A stretch of DNA of 64,000 nucleotides, taken from the NCBI RefSeq assembly GCF_004010195.1, contig NC_057719.1:68508567-68572566 (forward strand). Reading direction: 5' to 3'. This DNA comes from Chiloscyllium plagiosum (Eukaryota). Each line of letters begins with the position of its first letter. Within the stretch, counting starts at the first letter, position 1. Below, piece by piece: positions 13,250 through 24,966 of the stretch. The position numbers were made by a program, and so were the translations under genes. Below the pieces are notes generated by a model that was given only the letters and a program-made list of their open reading frames with translations, did no database searches and was not told where the DNA came from.

Positions 13250-13580
13250 AATATCCTTAGTGGCAGAGAGGGAATTGCACACTGCCCCCATGGTACTGCT
13301 TGCCAATCTCATGGGACTAGGGTTTACCATCTGCATTAATATACAAACTGCAGAAGATGAGTGACCTTTTGAACGTCTTCCTCTCTTTAAGATCATCAGA
13401 GTATTTTCAGTGCAGAGGTCAGATCCCTTTCTGGTAGCTGTTTCAGCTTGTGTCAAGGCTGCAAAATGCATTGAATTCTCTGTGAGATCCCAACTGCACT
13501 ATCCCTGAAGATGACCAACCCACCAGAGAAGTGTGCACTGTGCTATTGTCATGTACGATAACATAGTGCCTGCCCTCAGA
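13250..13580 (-). mobile_element. Possible highly decayed PIF/Harbinger transposase relic
   Basis: Minus-strand frames give ..GISQRIQCI.. and ..SKGHS..ILMQMV.., in the same order as the clearer relic at 53860-54400. Confidence 0.3.
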
Positions 13581-14030
13581 TTGCAGACTCCTGCTTGTAT
13601 TCACTGGAATAGCTGGAACTCTTTGGCAGACCTTGCAATGTCTCATTAACTACTTGTGTGAGGTGAGTGCTTTTCTTTTCATGGCTGAGCCCCATCCCCT
13701 GTCCCAATTAGCAGAATTGGGTGAAAACTTGCTGGCCCTCCTGTGGTCTCTCTCATCTAACCCAGTTTGTTTATTTATGCTGAATGTTTCACCCTGTGTT
13801 GCTTCACTGTCTAACCCAAGCAGAGTGTTAATGTCTGAAGTGATATCATGCAGAGATTGAGTTCACAACATGAAGTAGGCTTGTTCCCCTTAAATGCATG
13901 CTCTGCCACAGCTACTTGCTGCTGAGAAGGTAACTGGTTGAAAGAGCAAATGGAGACACATAGGGTGAGGCTGGGCCTTACCAGGTAAGAAGCTCCAGAA
14001 TACTTCCTGAAATTGCAAAACGTGTAGACT

Positions 14031-14332
14031 TCTGAGAAGATTTGTAGCTCAGTTTGAGATTCTGGATGTAGGTTTGCTTGCTGAGCTGGAAGGTTCATTT
14101 TCAGACGTTTCGTCACCATACTAGGTAACATCTTCAGGTAACATCACCACAGGAAATTACATAACCACAGGAAATTACATCACCAAACCCAAAGAAACCA
14201 AAACATATAAACAGAAAGCAGGAATCATCAGCAATGCTTCGTCTGGAGGATCACTGAAGTTGTTACCTAGTATGGTAATGAAACATCTGAAAATGAACCT
14301 CCCAGCTCAGTGAGCAAACCTACATCCAGAAT
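14031..14332. mobile_element. Fold-back PLE terminal-repeat insertion carrying hammerhead motifs
   Basis: Inverted arms at 14059-14137 and 14254-14332. Flanked by the imperfect duplication aacgtgtagact / aatgtgtagtct. Confidence 0.8.
14101..14137 (-). ncRNA. Minimal type I hammerhead ribozyme motif (PLE-associated), catalytic core intact
   Basis: The minus strand reads CUGAAGA-U-GUUACC-uaguau-GGUGAC-GAAA-CG-UC-uga: conserved boxes, 6-bp stem II and palindromic ACGU stem III. The 5' stem I partner is lost in this arm. Confidence 0.7.
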
Positions 14333-14599
14333 GTGTAGTCTATTTGTTGATGTGAATGAAGAGGGACAAATAATATTCAATCACTCGACTGGAGTAAACA
14401 GCTAGATTCCCTAGTGACCTTGACTCTTCCTGTATCAGAAATCATCCTGACTTGTTTTTCTGCATAGATGGGAGCTATAATTTGAGGTCCTCCTCTGTAT
14501 TTCCCCTTAAACCCCTGACTCAGTCCTCTGTCAGTCTTCTTAGCATTATGTGGATGCACAAAGGGATCTGGGTGCCATTGTACACCAGTCAATGAAGGT

Positions 14600-15065
14600 A
14601 AGTAGGCAGATGCAGCAAGCGTTTAAGAAGGTAAATGTATTGTTGGCTTTCATTGCACGAGGATATGAGTTCAGATATAAGGATGTCTTACTACTTTGGT
14701 AAGATTACATCTGGAGTATTGTGTTCATCTTTGGTTTCCCTACATAAGAGAGGATATATCTGGTTAAAGCATAGGTACATGAGCTGTTACAGACTCAGGA
14801 TACGGGGTGGGCTGTTTAGCACTGAGATGATTGCTTCTCTTAGAGGCTGGTCAACCTGTGGATTCTACTACCACAGAAGGCTAAAGAGGCTGAATCAATG
14901 AGTAAATTCAAGAAAAAAGATTGATAGTCTTTTATGTATTAAAAATATCAAAGGGAAAAGCAGAAGATGATGTTGAGATACAGGATCAGCCATGATCATA
15001 TTGAATGGTGAAGCATGTTTGGAGGCTGAAAAGTCTACTCCTGCTCCTCGTTTCTTTGTTTCTAC
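14600..15065 (+). mobile_element. Older CR1 LINE 3' fragment
   Basis: catctggagtattgtg..tggtttccct (HLEYC..W.P) and a 3' UTR gatcagccatgatcatattgaatggtgaagca..ctactcctgctcct. Confidence 0.75.
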
Positions 15066-15173
15066 ATCTTGACCTGCAAAAAGAGAGCATTAATGTTAGC
15101 AGGTGTGGTCTTTTCTGAGATGACTACTGCTGGCGCCTTGTGGTACTAGCTGTGTCTGACATGACATTGTACT

Positions 15174-15334
15174 CATGATTTGGAGATGCCAGTGTTGGAC
15201 TGGGGTGTACAAAGTTAAAAATTACTTGATGTCTGTGTCGATATGTGCGATCTCCTTGGAGATCCTCTCCACTTTAAGCCGGCGGTTAGTGGTGTCGATA
15301 GTAGTCATGATTTGGAGATACCGGTGTTGGACTT
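15174..15334 (-). mobile_element. 161-bp internally deleted mini-PLE with a 13-bp TSD
   Basis: ATGACATTGTACT at 15161-15173 and 15335-15347. Two pLTR tips matching the reverse complement of 17770-17815 flank a short reading frame. Confidence 0.8.
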
Positions 15335-16262
15335 ATGACATTGTACTGGGTGAGTTAATATTGATAAGCGGCAGACAATACACCCTGATAGAGTGTCTAC
15401 AGAAGAGGCACTGCTTTTAGATAATAAGAAGATTTATTGCATGATAGCAATAAATATAACTACCTTTGAACAGGAATAATTATTAGCACTTTACACAGCT
15501 GGCATAGCAGAGCTCATTGCCTTCACCCACAAACTGTGTGGCATCAGTCCTACAGGTGGAGACAATGTAACATGAACACTTGTACCTTCAAAACCATTAC
15601 CTGAGACAACAAAGCCCATGGGTGTAAGATGTAGGCAAAGACTGAGGGAAAGGAATGAATGTAATGCCATGTGTATAATATGAAGTGTGTGAGCAGTGTG
15701 CGAAGGACTTGGAGGTTGTAAAATGAAAGAATATGAAAACAGAATGCTACCAATATGTGGCATACAGAGAGAGCAATGGAAGAACTGAGTGTATTTGGAT
15801 GAGAGTCACAATGTGTTCTTGAAGAGCTGTCCACACCCTGGCTGCTGCTGTAAGGTAGCTGATCTATTCTGACATTGGAGTAAGGGGCTGGGATGGTGCT
15901 GCTGGCATTGACTCTGTTGACTTTAGACAAACCATTACTTTGTGAGTGCACTTGCCAGTGAAAAGTGTCTTCTTCCTTATCCCGACTTCTTCCAGGAATG
16001 AAAACCTAGGAACAGTTCTATGCAATTCAGCTGTGCTGCCATCGTATTCTTCAATGCTGATTAAGCAAAACTGAAAATGAAGAATGTGTAGCACTTGTGT
16101 TGCATGAATGTTAACTTCAATATCTGACGGACCCAGGAGTTAGAGTTAGAGTTCCCCAAATATTGTGCTTACGGTTTTATAGCAGACTCCCACTCATCTT
16201 GTACATCCAATGCATACTACAAGCTTAAACTGCTACAGAAGCGACAGGGTCCTTTTAATTCA

Positions 16263-16610
16263 TTGAATCCCCACAGTGCAGCGAGAGGCATATGGCCCAT
16301 CGAGTCTGCATCGATCTTCCAAATAGCATCTTACCCAGACTCAGCTACCGACCCTATTCCCATAACCCTGTATTTACCATGCCTAATCCACCTAGCCTGC
16401 ACATCCTTGATCACTATGGGCAATTTAGAATGGCCAATCCAGCTATCCGGTCCATCTTTTGACTGTAAGAGAAAACCAGAGCACTAGATGGAATCTCGCA
16501 CAGACTTTGAGAGAATGTGCAAACTCCACACAAACACTCAGCGAAGGCTGAACCCAAGACCCTAATGCTGTGAAGCATCATTGCTAACCACTGAACTACC
16601 ATGCCACCCC
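16263..16610 (-). mobile_element. HE1-type V-SINE (diverged)
   Basis: Reverse complement of the tRNA-head / V-domain / LINE-tail structure seen at 20617-20930. Confidence 0.85.
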
Positions 16611-17138
16611 AATCTTAAGGGATATCACAGGGAAGTCTGATCATGTTGTCTCATGTCTGCAGTCTCACAGTCTCAGCAGTGGTCACTCAATACTTGTAAG
16701 GAAGAGAAGGCAATACTCCTGAAGCATGGAGCCCAATTGCAATATCCACCTCCAAATCCCCTGCCCTCCCCCAAACTTTTCACAACTTGTCAGCCTGAAG
16801 TAAGTTCAGCTCTTAAGCTGATCAGCCGCCTCTTGCTGCCTTTGCCAACTGAAACCATCAAGGGAGCCAAGATATGTGATCACACAAGTAACAAAATTAG
16901 CACAGAGGTATGGATAGAGATGGGTTATCTCATAGGAATTTCCCCCATATTAATCAACCCTGCATGGAAGCAGGACCTTTCCTGTTGTATATTAGCATCA
17001 TTACTCTGAGCCACCTGTTCTCTGATCTGTAATCATTCTAATTAGTTGCAAACTTCTCCATTTTCATGAGAGAAGTTATTTTTGCTACGGTGGAACTATT
17101 TGTGAAAAATAGCCAAAAGAGTTTGATTGTAGCCCTTT

Positions 17139-18042
17139 AGCAATAGTTGTACAGCCAAAGATATCATGATCATTAGTAGACATGAAAATGACTGACTCAG
17201 TAAGATTAAAGTGACCTTTGAGGAGTTTATTTTTACTGTTGTTTTGTGACTGCCTCCACTGAACATCATTTTATTTGTGGTCTAAAAGTAACACGGATGC
17301 CTGTGGCAATCTGCTAATAGCTGATGTGCTTTTGTGAAAATTATATTAAAAATAATGGGAACTTTTCTCACCATGACTTTATTTTTCTCCTCTCCCCTAC
17401 TGTTTTAGATTAGAATAGTCTGACCATTGTGGCACAGACAGCCTCACTCAGGGCAGCTCACACCTTAAATGCATTATCTGGGCTGACATGACACCAATTG
17501 TTAAAATTCACTTGAGAATGTAACTTTTAAATGTTCTATGACTTACATAATAAAGAACTGAAACCAACATGTTCATTCTAAAGGATGAGAGACTTAACAA
17601 ACAATACAGGTCTTTTCAATATATAATTTCAGTTTTTTCACACTGTAAACATTTAAGATAAATTCTGTGTCTTACAATCTTATACTCCACAACCACTTCA
17701 TGAAGGAGCAGCGCTCCGAAAGCTTGTACTTCCGAATAAACCTGTGACTATAACCTGGTGTTGTGTGATTTTTAAATTTTTACACTCCAGTCCAACACCG
17801 GCATCTCCAAATCATGAATTAATTAACTTTTATTGACAATTCATGAAAGAATAAATCTGACCATACAATCATTGACTCACCTCTCTGTAATATACTTTGA
17901 GATTTGGCTCAGCATATGTAAGCAACAGTTGTACAGCCAAAGATATCATGATCATTAGTGGACAAAAGAATGGTTGGCACAGTAAGATTAAAGTGACCTT
18001 TAAGAGGTTTATTTTTACTGTTGTTTAGAGCCTGCCTCCACT
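17139..18042 (+). repeat. About 120-bp direct repeat (17139-17260 and 17921-18042)
   Basis: Both copies read agcaa.agttgtacagccaaagatatcatgatcattagt.gaca...cagtaagattaaagtgaccttt...tttatttttactgttgttt...ctgcctccact. Confidence 0.9.
17405..17815 (+). mobile_element. PLE terminal repeat (pLTR) with degenerate hammerhead
   Basis: Homologous to 58497-58743 and 24967-25223. Contains ..catgaaggagcagcgctccgaaagct.. and ends ccggcatctccaaatcatg. Confidence 0.85.
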
Positions 18043-18967
18043 TTGAGATTTAGTTTTCTTTTGTCTGTCCTGATGAGGGCAAGGTGAAAAGCTTCAGCAA
18101 TATGTCTCCTTTTCTTTCAGTAATACTCAGTATTAGGTTATTAATCCAGCTGTGTTGACAGAACTAATATCTTTAAATATTACAAAATATTTGAGGTACT
18201 TTAGCAAATGTTATTAACTTGTTTTGCTCCTTCATGAATGTGGGCTTCACTTGGTATGCCAACACTTATTGTACTTACCTAGTTGCTCTTGAGAAGATGG
18301 TGATCTGCCTTTAACACCACAGCCATCCTTGGGACATAGGTGCTCACACAGAGCTGCTCGGAAGGGAATTGCAAAGTTTTGACCCATCAGCAACAAAGCA
18401 TCAACAATACAGTTCCAAGTTAGGATGGCAAGTGGCTTGAAGGGGAACTTGAAAGTAGCTATTGTCCTCTATAACTACTACACTTGCCCTTCTAGGTAGG
18501 GTAGAAGTTGTGGGGTTTTTATGGTGTTGTCTGAGGAGCCTTGGTGAGTTTCTGTAGTCTATCTTGTAGATGGTATACATTGATGCTGCAATGCATTGGT
18601 GTTGGAGAGAGTGAATATTGAAGTTGGTGAATGGGAAGCTAATCAAGTGCCTTGCCCTGGATGCTATTGTGATTCTTCAGTGTTATTAGAGCTGCACACA
18701 TGAAAGCACACCCCTGATTTATGCAAATGGTGGGCAGGCTTTCAGGAATCAGAAGGTGAGGTACTCATCATAGAATTCCTAGCAACTAACCTGTTCTTGT
18801 GGTTACAATATGTATATGGCTGCTCTATTTCAGGTTATGGCTAATAATAATCCCAGGATGTTGATTAATGGGGGATTCACTGATGGTAATGCTATTGAAT
18901 GTTTTGTTGGAGCTGGTCATTGTATGGTACATATGTGATGCAAATGTAACTTGTCACTTATCTTTCC

Positions 18968-19170
18968 AAGTCAAGATTAGAGTGGTGCTGGAAAAGCACA
19001 GCAGGTCAGGCAGCATTTGAGGAGCAGGAACATCGCCGTTTTGGGCAGGAGCTCTTCATCAGGAATGTCAATCTTCCTGCTCCTCGGATGCTGCCTGACC
19101 TGCTGTGCTTTTCCGGCACCATTTTAATCTTGACTCTGATCTCCAGCATCTGCAGTCCTCACTTTTGCCT
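18968..19170. mobile_element. Fold-back PLE terminal-repeat insertion with about 12-bp TSD
   Basis: Arms agtcaagattagagtggtgctggaaaagcacagcaggtcaggcagcat.. and ..atgctgcctgacctgctgtgcttttccggcaccattttaatcttgact. Flanked by acttatctttcc (18956-18967) and actcatctttcc (19171-19182). Confidence 0.85.
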
Positions 19171-19544
19171 ACTCATCTTTCCGAGCCTGGATGTTATCCA
19201 GATCTTCCTGTATATGAGCATGGACTGTCTCAGAATCTGAGAAGTTTTGAATGGTGCTGAACATGATGCTACCTAGAATGAACACTCCCACTCCTTACCT
19301 TATGATGGAAGGAAATTCATTGATGATGCAGATGAAGTTGCACTGAAGAACTCCTGCAGTGAAGCCCAGGACTGAAATGATTGACCTCCAATGACCACAA
19401 ACATCCTCCTTTGTTCTAGATATGATTCCAAATGACAAAACATTTCCCCCAATTCCCCTTGACTCCTTGATCCACACTTAGTAAAATGCTGTCTTGCTGT
19501 CAAGGACAGTTAGTCGTACCACACAAAAGCAGCTAGCAGCCAAC

Positions 19545-19790
19545 CAAGCCAACCAGGTTAGGACGGCAGATTTTCCTGAAGGACATTACTGAAGCAGGTG
19601 GACTTTGCAACAATCAATGATAGCTATCATAGTCGTCATTTCTTAGACTTAGCTTTGTATTCCACGGTTATTAATTTAATTTAAATTCAAATAGCTGCTG
19701 TAGGAGTAAGTTGAAGACCTATCCCTGGACCATTAGCCTTGGCTTCTGGATTGCTAGCCCAGTGATATTACCACCTGGCTATTATCTCCT
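19545..19790 (-). mobile_element. tRNA-headed SINE-B copy nested in LINE-B
   Basis: Homologous to 46125-46350. A-box-like tagccaggtgg on the minus strand. Confidence 0.65.
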
Positions 19791-20616
19791 TCTGGCATGC
19801 TCTCACACATTCTCCATTGAATGAGATTGATCCCCAGGCTTGAAAGTATTGGTTGAATGACAGATATACTGAGACGTAAACTTATTTATTGTGGTTTAGC
19901 ACAATGGCCTATAGCGCTTCATGATGCCCAATTTTGATTTCTGTATGCTTGCAAATTTAGTGTGGTGTTCGCTCCACACAACACAATGAAGGGAATTCTC
20001 AATGTAAAGCTTTAACTGACATCTCCATAAGAACTGTGTGGTGATTACTCCTACTAATGCTGTCATGGAAGATGCTTTGTGACAAGTAGATTGATAAGGT
20101 TGCAGTGAAGTAAATTTTTCTCTCTTGTTACCCTTGCTATCTATCTTTGACCCAGCCTTGTAGCCATGTCCTTTAGGATTTGGCCAGCTCAGTCATCAGT
20201 GATGCTACCAATCACACTTGGTGATGGACATTGAAGTCCTCACCTAGAGTAAATTCTGTGCTGTTTTCACCCTTAGTTCTTCTTCAAATTGGTGTTCAAT
20301 GTGAAAGAGAATTGGTGCACTAGTAGTTTCTGTGTCCATGTTTTTACTGATGCTATGAGACCTCATGGGATCTGGAATCAGTGTTAAGAACTCTCAGGAC
20401 AACTCTTTCAAACATGCATTCCACTGTGCCATTAACTCTGGTGGGCATGTCCTGGCTTTGGAGCAGGACTTACCCAAGGATAGTGTTGGTGAGTGCCTGC
20501 TATTAATTAATAATATTAATTATTCTATTGTGCAAAGCAGTAGAAGTGTATTTAAAGAAAGCAGCTGCAGCTAGGCTTTATTTATTATAAAATAAAACTA
20601 TGCTCACTTCTAAATT

Positions 20617-20930
20617 GGTGGCACAGTGGTTAGCACTGCTGCCTCACAGCGCCAGAGACCCGGGTTCCATTCCCGCCTCAGGCGACTGACTGTCTGGAGT
20701 TTGCACATTCTCCCCGTGTCTGCGTGGGTTTCCTCCGGGTGCTCCGGTTTCCTCCCACAGTCCAAAAATGTGCAGGTCAGGTGAATTGGCCAAGCTAATT
20801 TGCCCGTAGTGTTAGGTGCAGGGGTAAATGTAGGGAATGGGTCTGGGTGGGTTACTCTTCGGCGGGTCGGTGTGGACTTGTTGGGCCGAAGGGCCTGTTT
20901 CCACACTGTAAAGTAATCTAATCTAATCTA
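20617..20930 (+). mobile_element. HE1-type V-SINE, near full length and young
   Basis: A box TGGCACAGTGG (20619-20629), B box GGTTCCATTCC (20663-20673), V-domain tggagtttgcacattctccccgtgtctgcgtgggtttcctccgggtgctccggtttcctccc, CR1-like tail, (TAATC)n end, and TSD TCTAAATT. Confidence 0.95.
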
Positions 20931-21339
20931 AATTTGGAAGTCCCTCAGTAAGTTGAATCTGTAAATTGACTTCTGGTATTGCCAACAATTTAATCACTTC
21001 TATTATGTTTAAGGTCTAATTCATCAGGTTTGTATACATTACAAGGTAATTTTAGATCATTACCCTTACATCATCAGCTACAGTTGATGCTGTAATATTC
21101 TCTTCATGCTAACCTCAAACCAGATCTCAATGGTTGGTGTCATCCTATTTCCATTGAAGTGAAGACAAGTATATTTACACAATCATTTGTAGAACATCAA
21201 CTAAGCCAAAAAAACTGTCAATAGAAGCACAAAGTAACTGAGTCCTATTGTAAGTCTATCACGTATAAAATATTAATAATTTGTGGTGACTTTCTGACTT
21301 TCTTACCTTTTGTACATTTAGATGTTGGTCCTCACTCAT

Positions 21340-21600
21340 CCCTTATACTAATCATGAGTTTGCACTCACTCCACAAACTCTAGCACGTAATCCCATTTCA
21401 CACTCTGGTCATATGTTTAGGAAGAGGACACTATCCGGTAATGTGACAATATTTGAAGAAACCCAGTGGAGGAATGTTTTTTCACTGTCCTGACCAAGTT
21501 ATACATCAACTTAATTTATCATTTATCTAATTACTATTTGTAGGAACTTTATGTGGAAAAACTGTTATCTGAATTTCTCCAATGTATAGTTTACATACAA
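21340..21600 (+). mobile_element. Decayed Deu-domain SINE (SacSINE1/AmnSINE1-like)
   Basis: cactccaca..agcacgtaatc..cactc..atttgaagaa..tgtcctgaccaa..tttgtaggaactt resembles the recalled Deu-SINE consensus. Confidence 0.45.
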
Positions 21601-21696
21601 AACGTGATAATAATTTGGACAAGAACTACTGAAGTGGAGATAGTTACCGCAGTTCCTAACTAGGTATGTTGTGCCTGCTGAAAACTACTATTGATG

Positions 21697-21855
21697 TAGT
21701 TAAAAATCTCACAACACCAGATTATGGTTCAACAGGTTTATTTGGTAGCATTAGCTTTTGAGCAGCGCTTACAAATAAATGGGTTGGACTATAAGCTGGT
21801 GTTATGTGATTTTTAACTTTGTCCACCCCAGTCCAACACTGACACCTCCAAGTCA
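21697..21855. mobile_element. Fold-back PLE terminal-repeat fragment
   Basis: agttaaaaatctcacaacaccagattatggttcaacagg..ataaatgggttggactataagctggtgttatgtgatttttaact is an inverted repeat. tattgat lies on both sides. Confidence 0.8.
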
Positions 21856-22094
21856 TTATTGATATTGCTCTAGTCAGTGACCAAACTGAATTAACCACTT
21901 GAGACTAAACTAAACAGTCATGCCTTGATGGAAATTATTTATAAAACAATAAAGATCAACAAGTAAATGAAAAGTAGAACATTAATTACTGTATAAAATA
22001 TCAAAAATAACACTTGAATTCAGAATGTCTGAGTTCCATGAGTGTGCACATGATGATTTAGAGGTTAATAGGTAGATCATAAGCTAGATCAGTA

Positions 22095-22672
22095 TTAGCA
22101 GAGGGATTGAATTCAAGAGTTGTGAGGTGATGTTGCAGCTGTACAGGACCTTGGTAAGGCCACATTTGGAATACTGTGTGCAGTTCTGGTCACCTCATTT
22201 TAAGAAAGATGTGGTGCTTTGGAGAGGGTGCAGAGGAGATTTCCCAGGATGTTGCCTGGAATGGAGAATAGGTCGTACAAGGATAGATTGAGAGTGCTAG
22301 GCCTTTTCTCATTGGAACGGCGAAAGATGAGAGGTGACTTGATAGAGGTTTATAAGATGATCAGGGGAATAGATAGAGTGGACAGTCAGAGACTTTTTCC
22401 CCAGGTACAACAGAGTGTTACAAGGGGACATAAATTTAAGGTGAAGGGTGGAAGGTATAGGGGGGATGTCAGGGGTAGGTTCTTTGCCCAGAGAGTGGTG
22501 GGGGCATGGAATGCGCTGCCTGTGGGAGTGGCAGAGTCAGAATCATTGGTGACCTTTAAGCGGCAATTGGATAGGTATATGGATGGGTGCTTAAGCTTGG
22601 ACAAGTGTTCAGCACAACATCGTGGGCCGAAGGGCCTGTTCTGTGCTGTATTGTTCTATGTTCTATGTTCTA
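22095..22672 (+). mobile_element. CR1-clade LINE 3' fragment, (TATGTTC)n-tail subfamily
   Basis: LVRPHLEYCVQFWSPHFKKD..ERVQRRFPRMLPG..LFSLERRKMRGDLIEVYKMI..FFAQRVVGAWNALP. Tail ttgttctatgttctatgttcta. Confidence 0.93.
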
Positions 22673-22919
22673 TATACTGTAAAAAAAAAAGGTTTTTCCA
22701 AGGTGCGTTGATATTTAAAGGATTTGTTTTAAACAAACACATTTTAAAACACTTCAACAGGATGTTGAATCCACTGAAAGTGCCTTAGAAGTTCTGTAGG
22801 AGATTGGAAGGAATCAAGAGTGAGTGAGGGAAGATCTTGCAGCTGATCCTGAGAGTAGTAGGAGTGGTGTGAAGTGGATGCAACAGTAGAGATGCACTTA
22901 GTGTGAGGGAGAAGAGAGT

Positions 22920-23440
22920 ATGGCACTTAACCTGGCGGAGTAGAGAAAGTCCATTGAAAATCTGGCTATTTCTCTGTACCACTGAAAACAAACTGACACA
23001 AGTGACAATCTCAAACTAGGCCGCCGGGGTCTGGTGACAGTGACCTACTGTGCTGATCAGACCATAAGACCCATACGACACAGGAGCAGAAATTAGGCAC
23101 TTGGCCCATTGAGTCTGCTCTGCCATTCAATCGTGGCTGATACAGTTTTCCACCCCATTGTTCCGCTTTCTCCTTGTAATCTTTGATCCCTTCGGTAATC
23201 AAGAATTTATCTACCTCTGTTTTAAATGTAATCAATGATGTGGCCTCCACAGCCTTCTGTGGCAATAGAATTCCGATTCATCACTCTCTGGCTAAAGAAG
23301 TTTCTCCTTATCTCTGTACTAAAAGGTCTTCCCTTTACTCTAAAGCTGCCAGGAAGAAGATGCCTCTCATTGACCAACCCCTTGAAGCAGGACATGTAGG
23401 TCCCTATTGGAGAATCGTAGCAACTTCTTCTCCTTCACCA
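22920..23440 (-). mobile_element. Harbinger-type Myb/SANT-like gene relic, split by a CR1 insertion
   Basis: The minus strand gives LRFSNRDLHVLLQGV before the CR1 and HQTPAA*FEIVTCVS..FLYSAR after it, followed by a donor-like gttaag. Confidence 0.5.
23062..23345 (-). mobile_element. CR1 LINE 3' fragment
   Basis: ORF 23011-23265 contains PQKAVEATSLITFKTEVDKFL..GIKDY. The tail reads ccataagaccatacgac on the + strand. Confidence 0.88.
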
Positions 23441-23606
23441 AAATCTTTGTACAGTGGCCCGTTACCAAGCAGGTCATCTTCAGAATGCCAGTGCTCATCC
23501 AGGTACACAGCAGTCTTGTAAGCACAGCCTGAGTACCAGGGGAGCTGACTTGTCAGTGAATATCAATGGAGTAGTGAGTTCTCTTTGGAGTGGCATGTGA
23601 TAAGAT

Positions 23607-23912
23607 TAGATTCCCTACAGTGTGGAAACAGGCCCTTCAGCCAAACCAGTCCACACCGACCCTCTGAAGATCAACCCAGCCAGACCCATTTCCCTCTGAC
23701 TAATGCACTAACACTATATGCAATTTAGTATGGCCAATTCACCTGACCTGCACATCTTTGGACTGGGGGAGGAAACCAGAGCACCTGGAGGAAACCCACA
23801 CAGACACAGGGAGAATGTGCAAACACCACACAGTCGCCCGGGCCTGGAGTTGAACCTGGGATCCTGGTGCTGCGAGGCTACAGTTCTAACCACTGTGCCA
23901 CCGTGCCGCTCT
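23607..23912 (-). mobile_element. HE1-type V-SINE with 9-bp TSD
   Basis: Reverse complement of the 20617-20930 family. TGATAAGAT at 23598-23606 and 23913-23921. Confidence 0.93.
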
Positions 23913-24966
23913 TGATAAGATAGAGATGGAATCGTATATGAGGCGGGGGAGGGGGAAGAAGTAATTAGTCAATGAAGCGAGGTTGGTAAGCTAGGGTGAG
24001 AAATCCCTCTAGACCTCACAGTGAAAAGCCCTCTAAAAAAACTTGGCGTGACATGCCGTTAGCCAAAATAGCATAAGATTCAGCCCAAAGAATGGTTGCA
24101 GCATCTGCTATCATCATCTGGGATTGTAGTTTGGTTGTGTTCGAAATTGAGGTTGAAAAACACTACAAAAGGCCCAGTTGGCAGTAAACAGTACCTTTTA
24201 TTGAACACAGTATCCTTTAACCACGTCCAGGATAAGATTTTATCTCTTCTAGATACACCTTGTTTACAACATTGACAATTTATATTTTTATTGAGTTTTT
24301 GACTTCAAGGAAAATTCAAAAATTAATGGAGTTGTAAACCCAGTTACTAATTCACACTCGCTCATCATACATTAAACAGAAAGTCAAATTTTCCTCCAAA
24401 TCATTATTACATTTTATTTCCTGCACACTGCATTTTTCACAATGGTTGTGGTCTTGCTATTATTTTTCTCCCCCCTGTATCCCAGTCAGAAGAAGAATTC
24501 ATCCAAAAAAAGCAATGAAATAGTTTGGGACATATTGTTTAATAGAAAGAGCAATACAAATTTTCACCTGCCTCAGACTGGCACACTTCATTAATCCAAT
24601 TATCATGCAATGAGCCTTGTACATTGAAGATTGCTGGCTTGGTGATGCCTAGTTACATCCCTATGGAGGATGCACATCTCTTCCTGTACTGCAATAGTTT
24701 GATGACCTACTATATGTCCCAGTTTTAAGATTATGCAGTCTGTTAATGGGCTATTAATGGCACACCAACACTCATTTGTTTGTCCATTCACTCAATCAGC
24801 CAGCACCTTTTCTTAATGGTAGATTATTTATTTCTCAATTCTCCCCTCTTGAGTGCTAACTATCTTTCCTGTTAAAGAATTTCCTGTGGGCTGTGGGTTG
24901 TTGCATCAGCAGAAAAGCCTTGCAGATCAACAACAATCATTTGTAAAGAAAGTCTTGAATGATGAA

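Larger units (their letters stand above)
18225..20500 (-). mobile_element. Long LINE-B relic, interrupted by a PLE fold-back and a SINE-B
   Basis: 3' end at about 18225-18300 (ttcatgaatgtgggc..ttattg..ctagttgctcttgagaag). Continuous homology to 51370-52250 and 41170-41820. Confidence 0.8.

Noticed and set aside
20610..20906. ORF or tRNA gene
   Set aside because: Antisense reading of an HE1 SINE. The tRNA-like head continues into the V-domain, so it is not a tRNA gene.
22219..22788. 189-aa ORF as a host gene
   Set aside because: CR1 ORF2 fragment reading through into flanking DNA.
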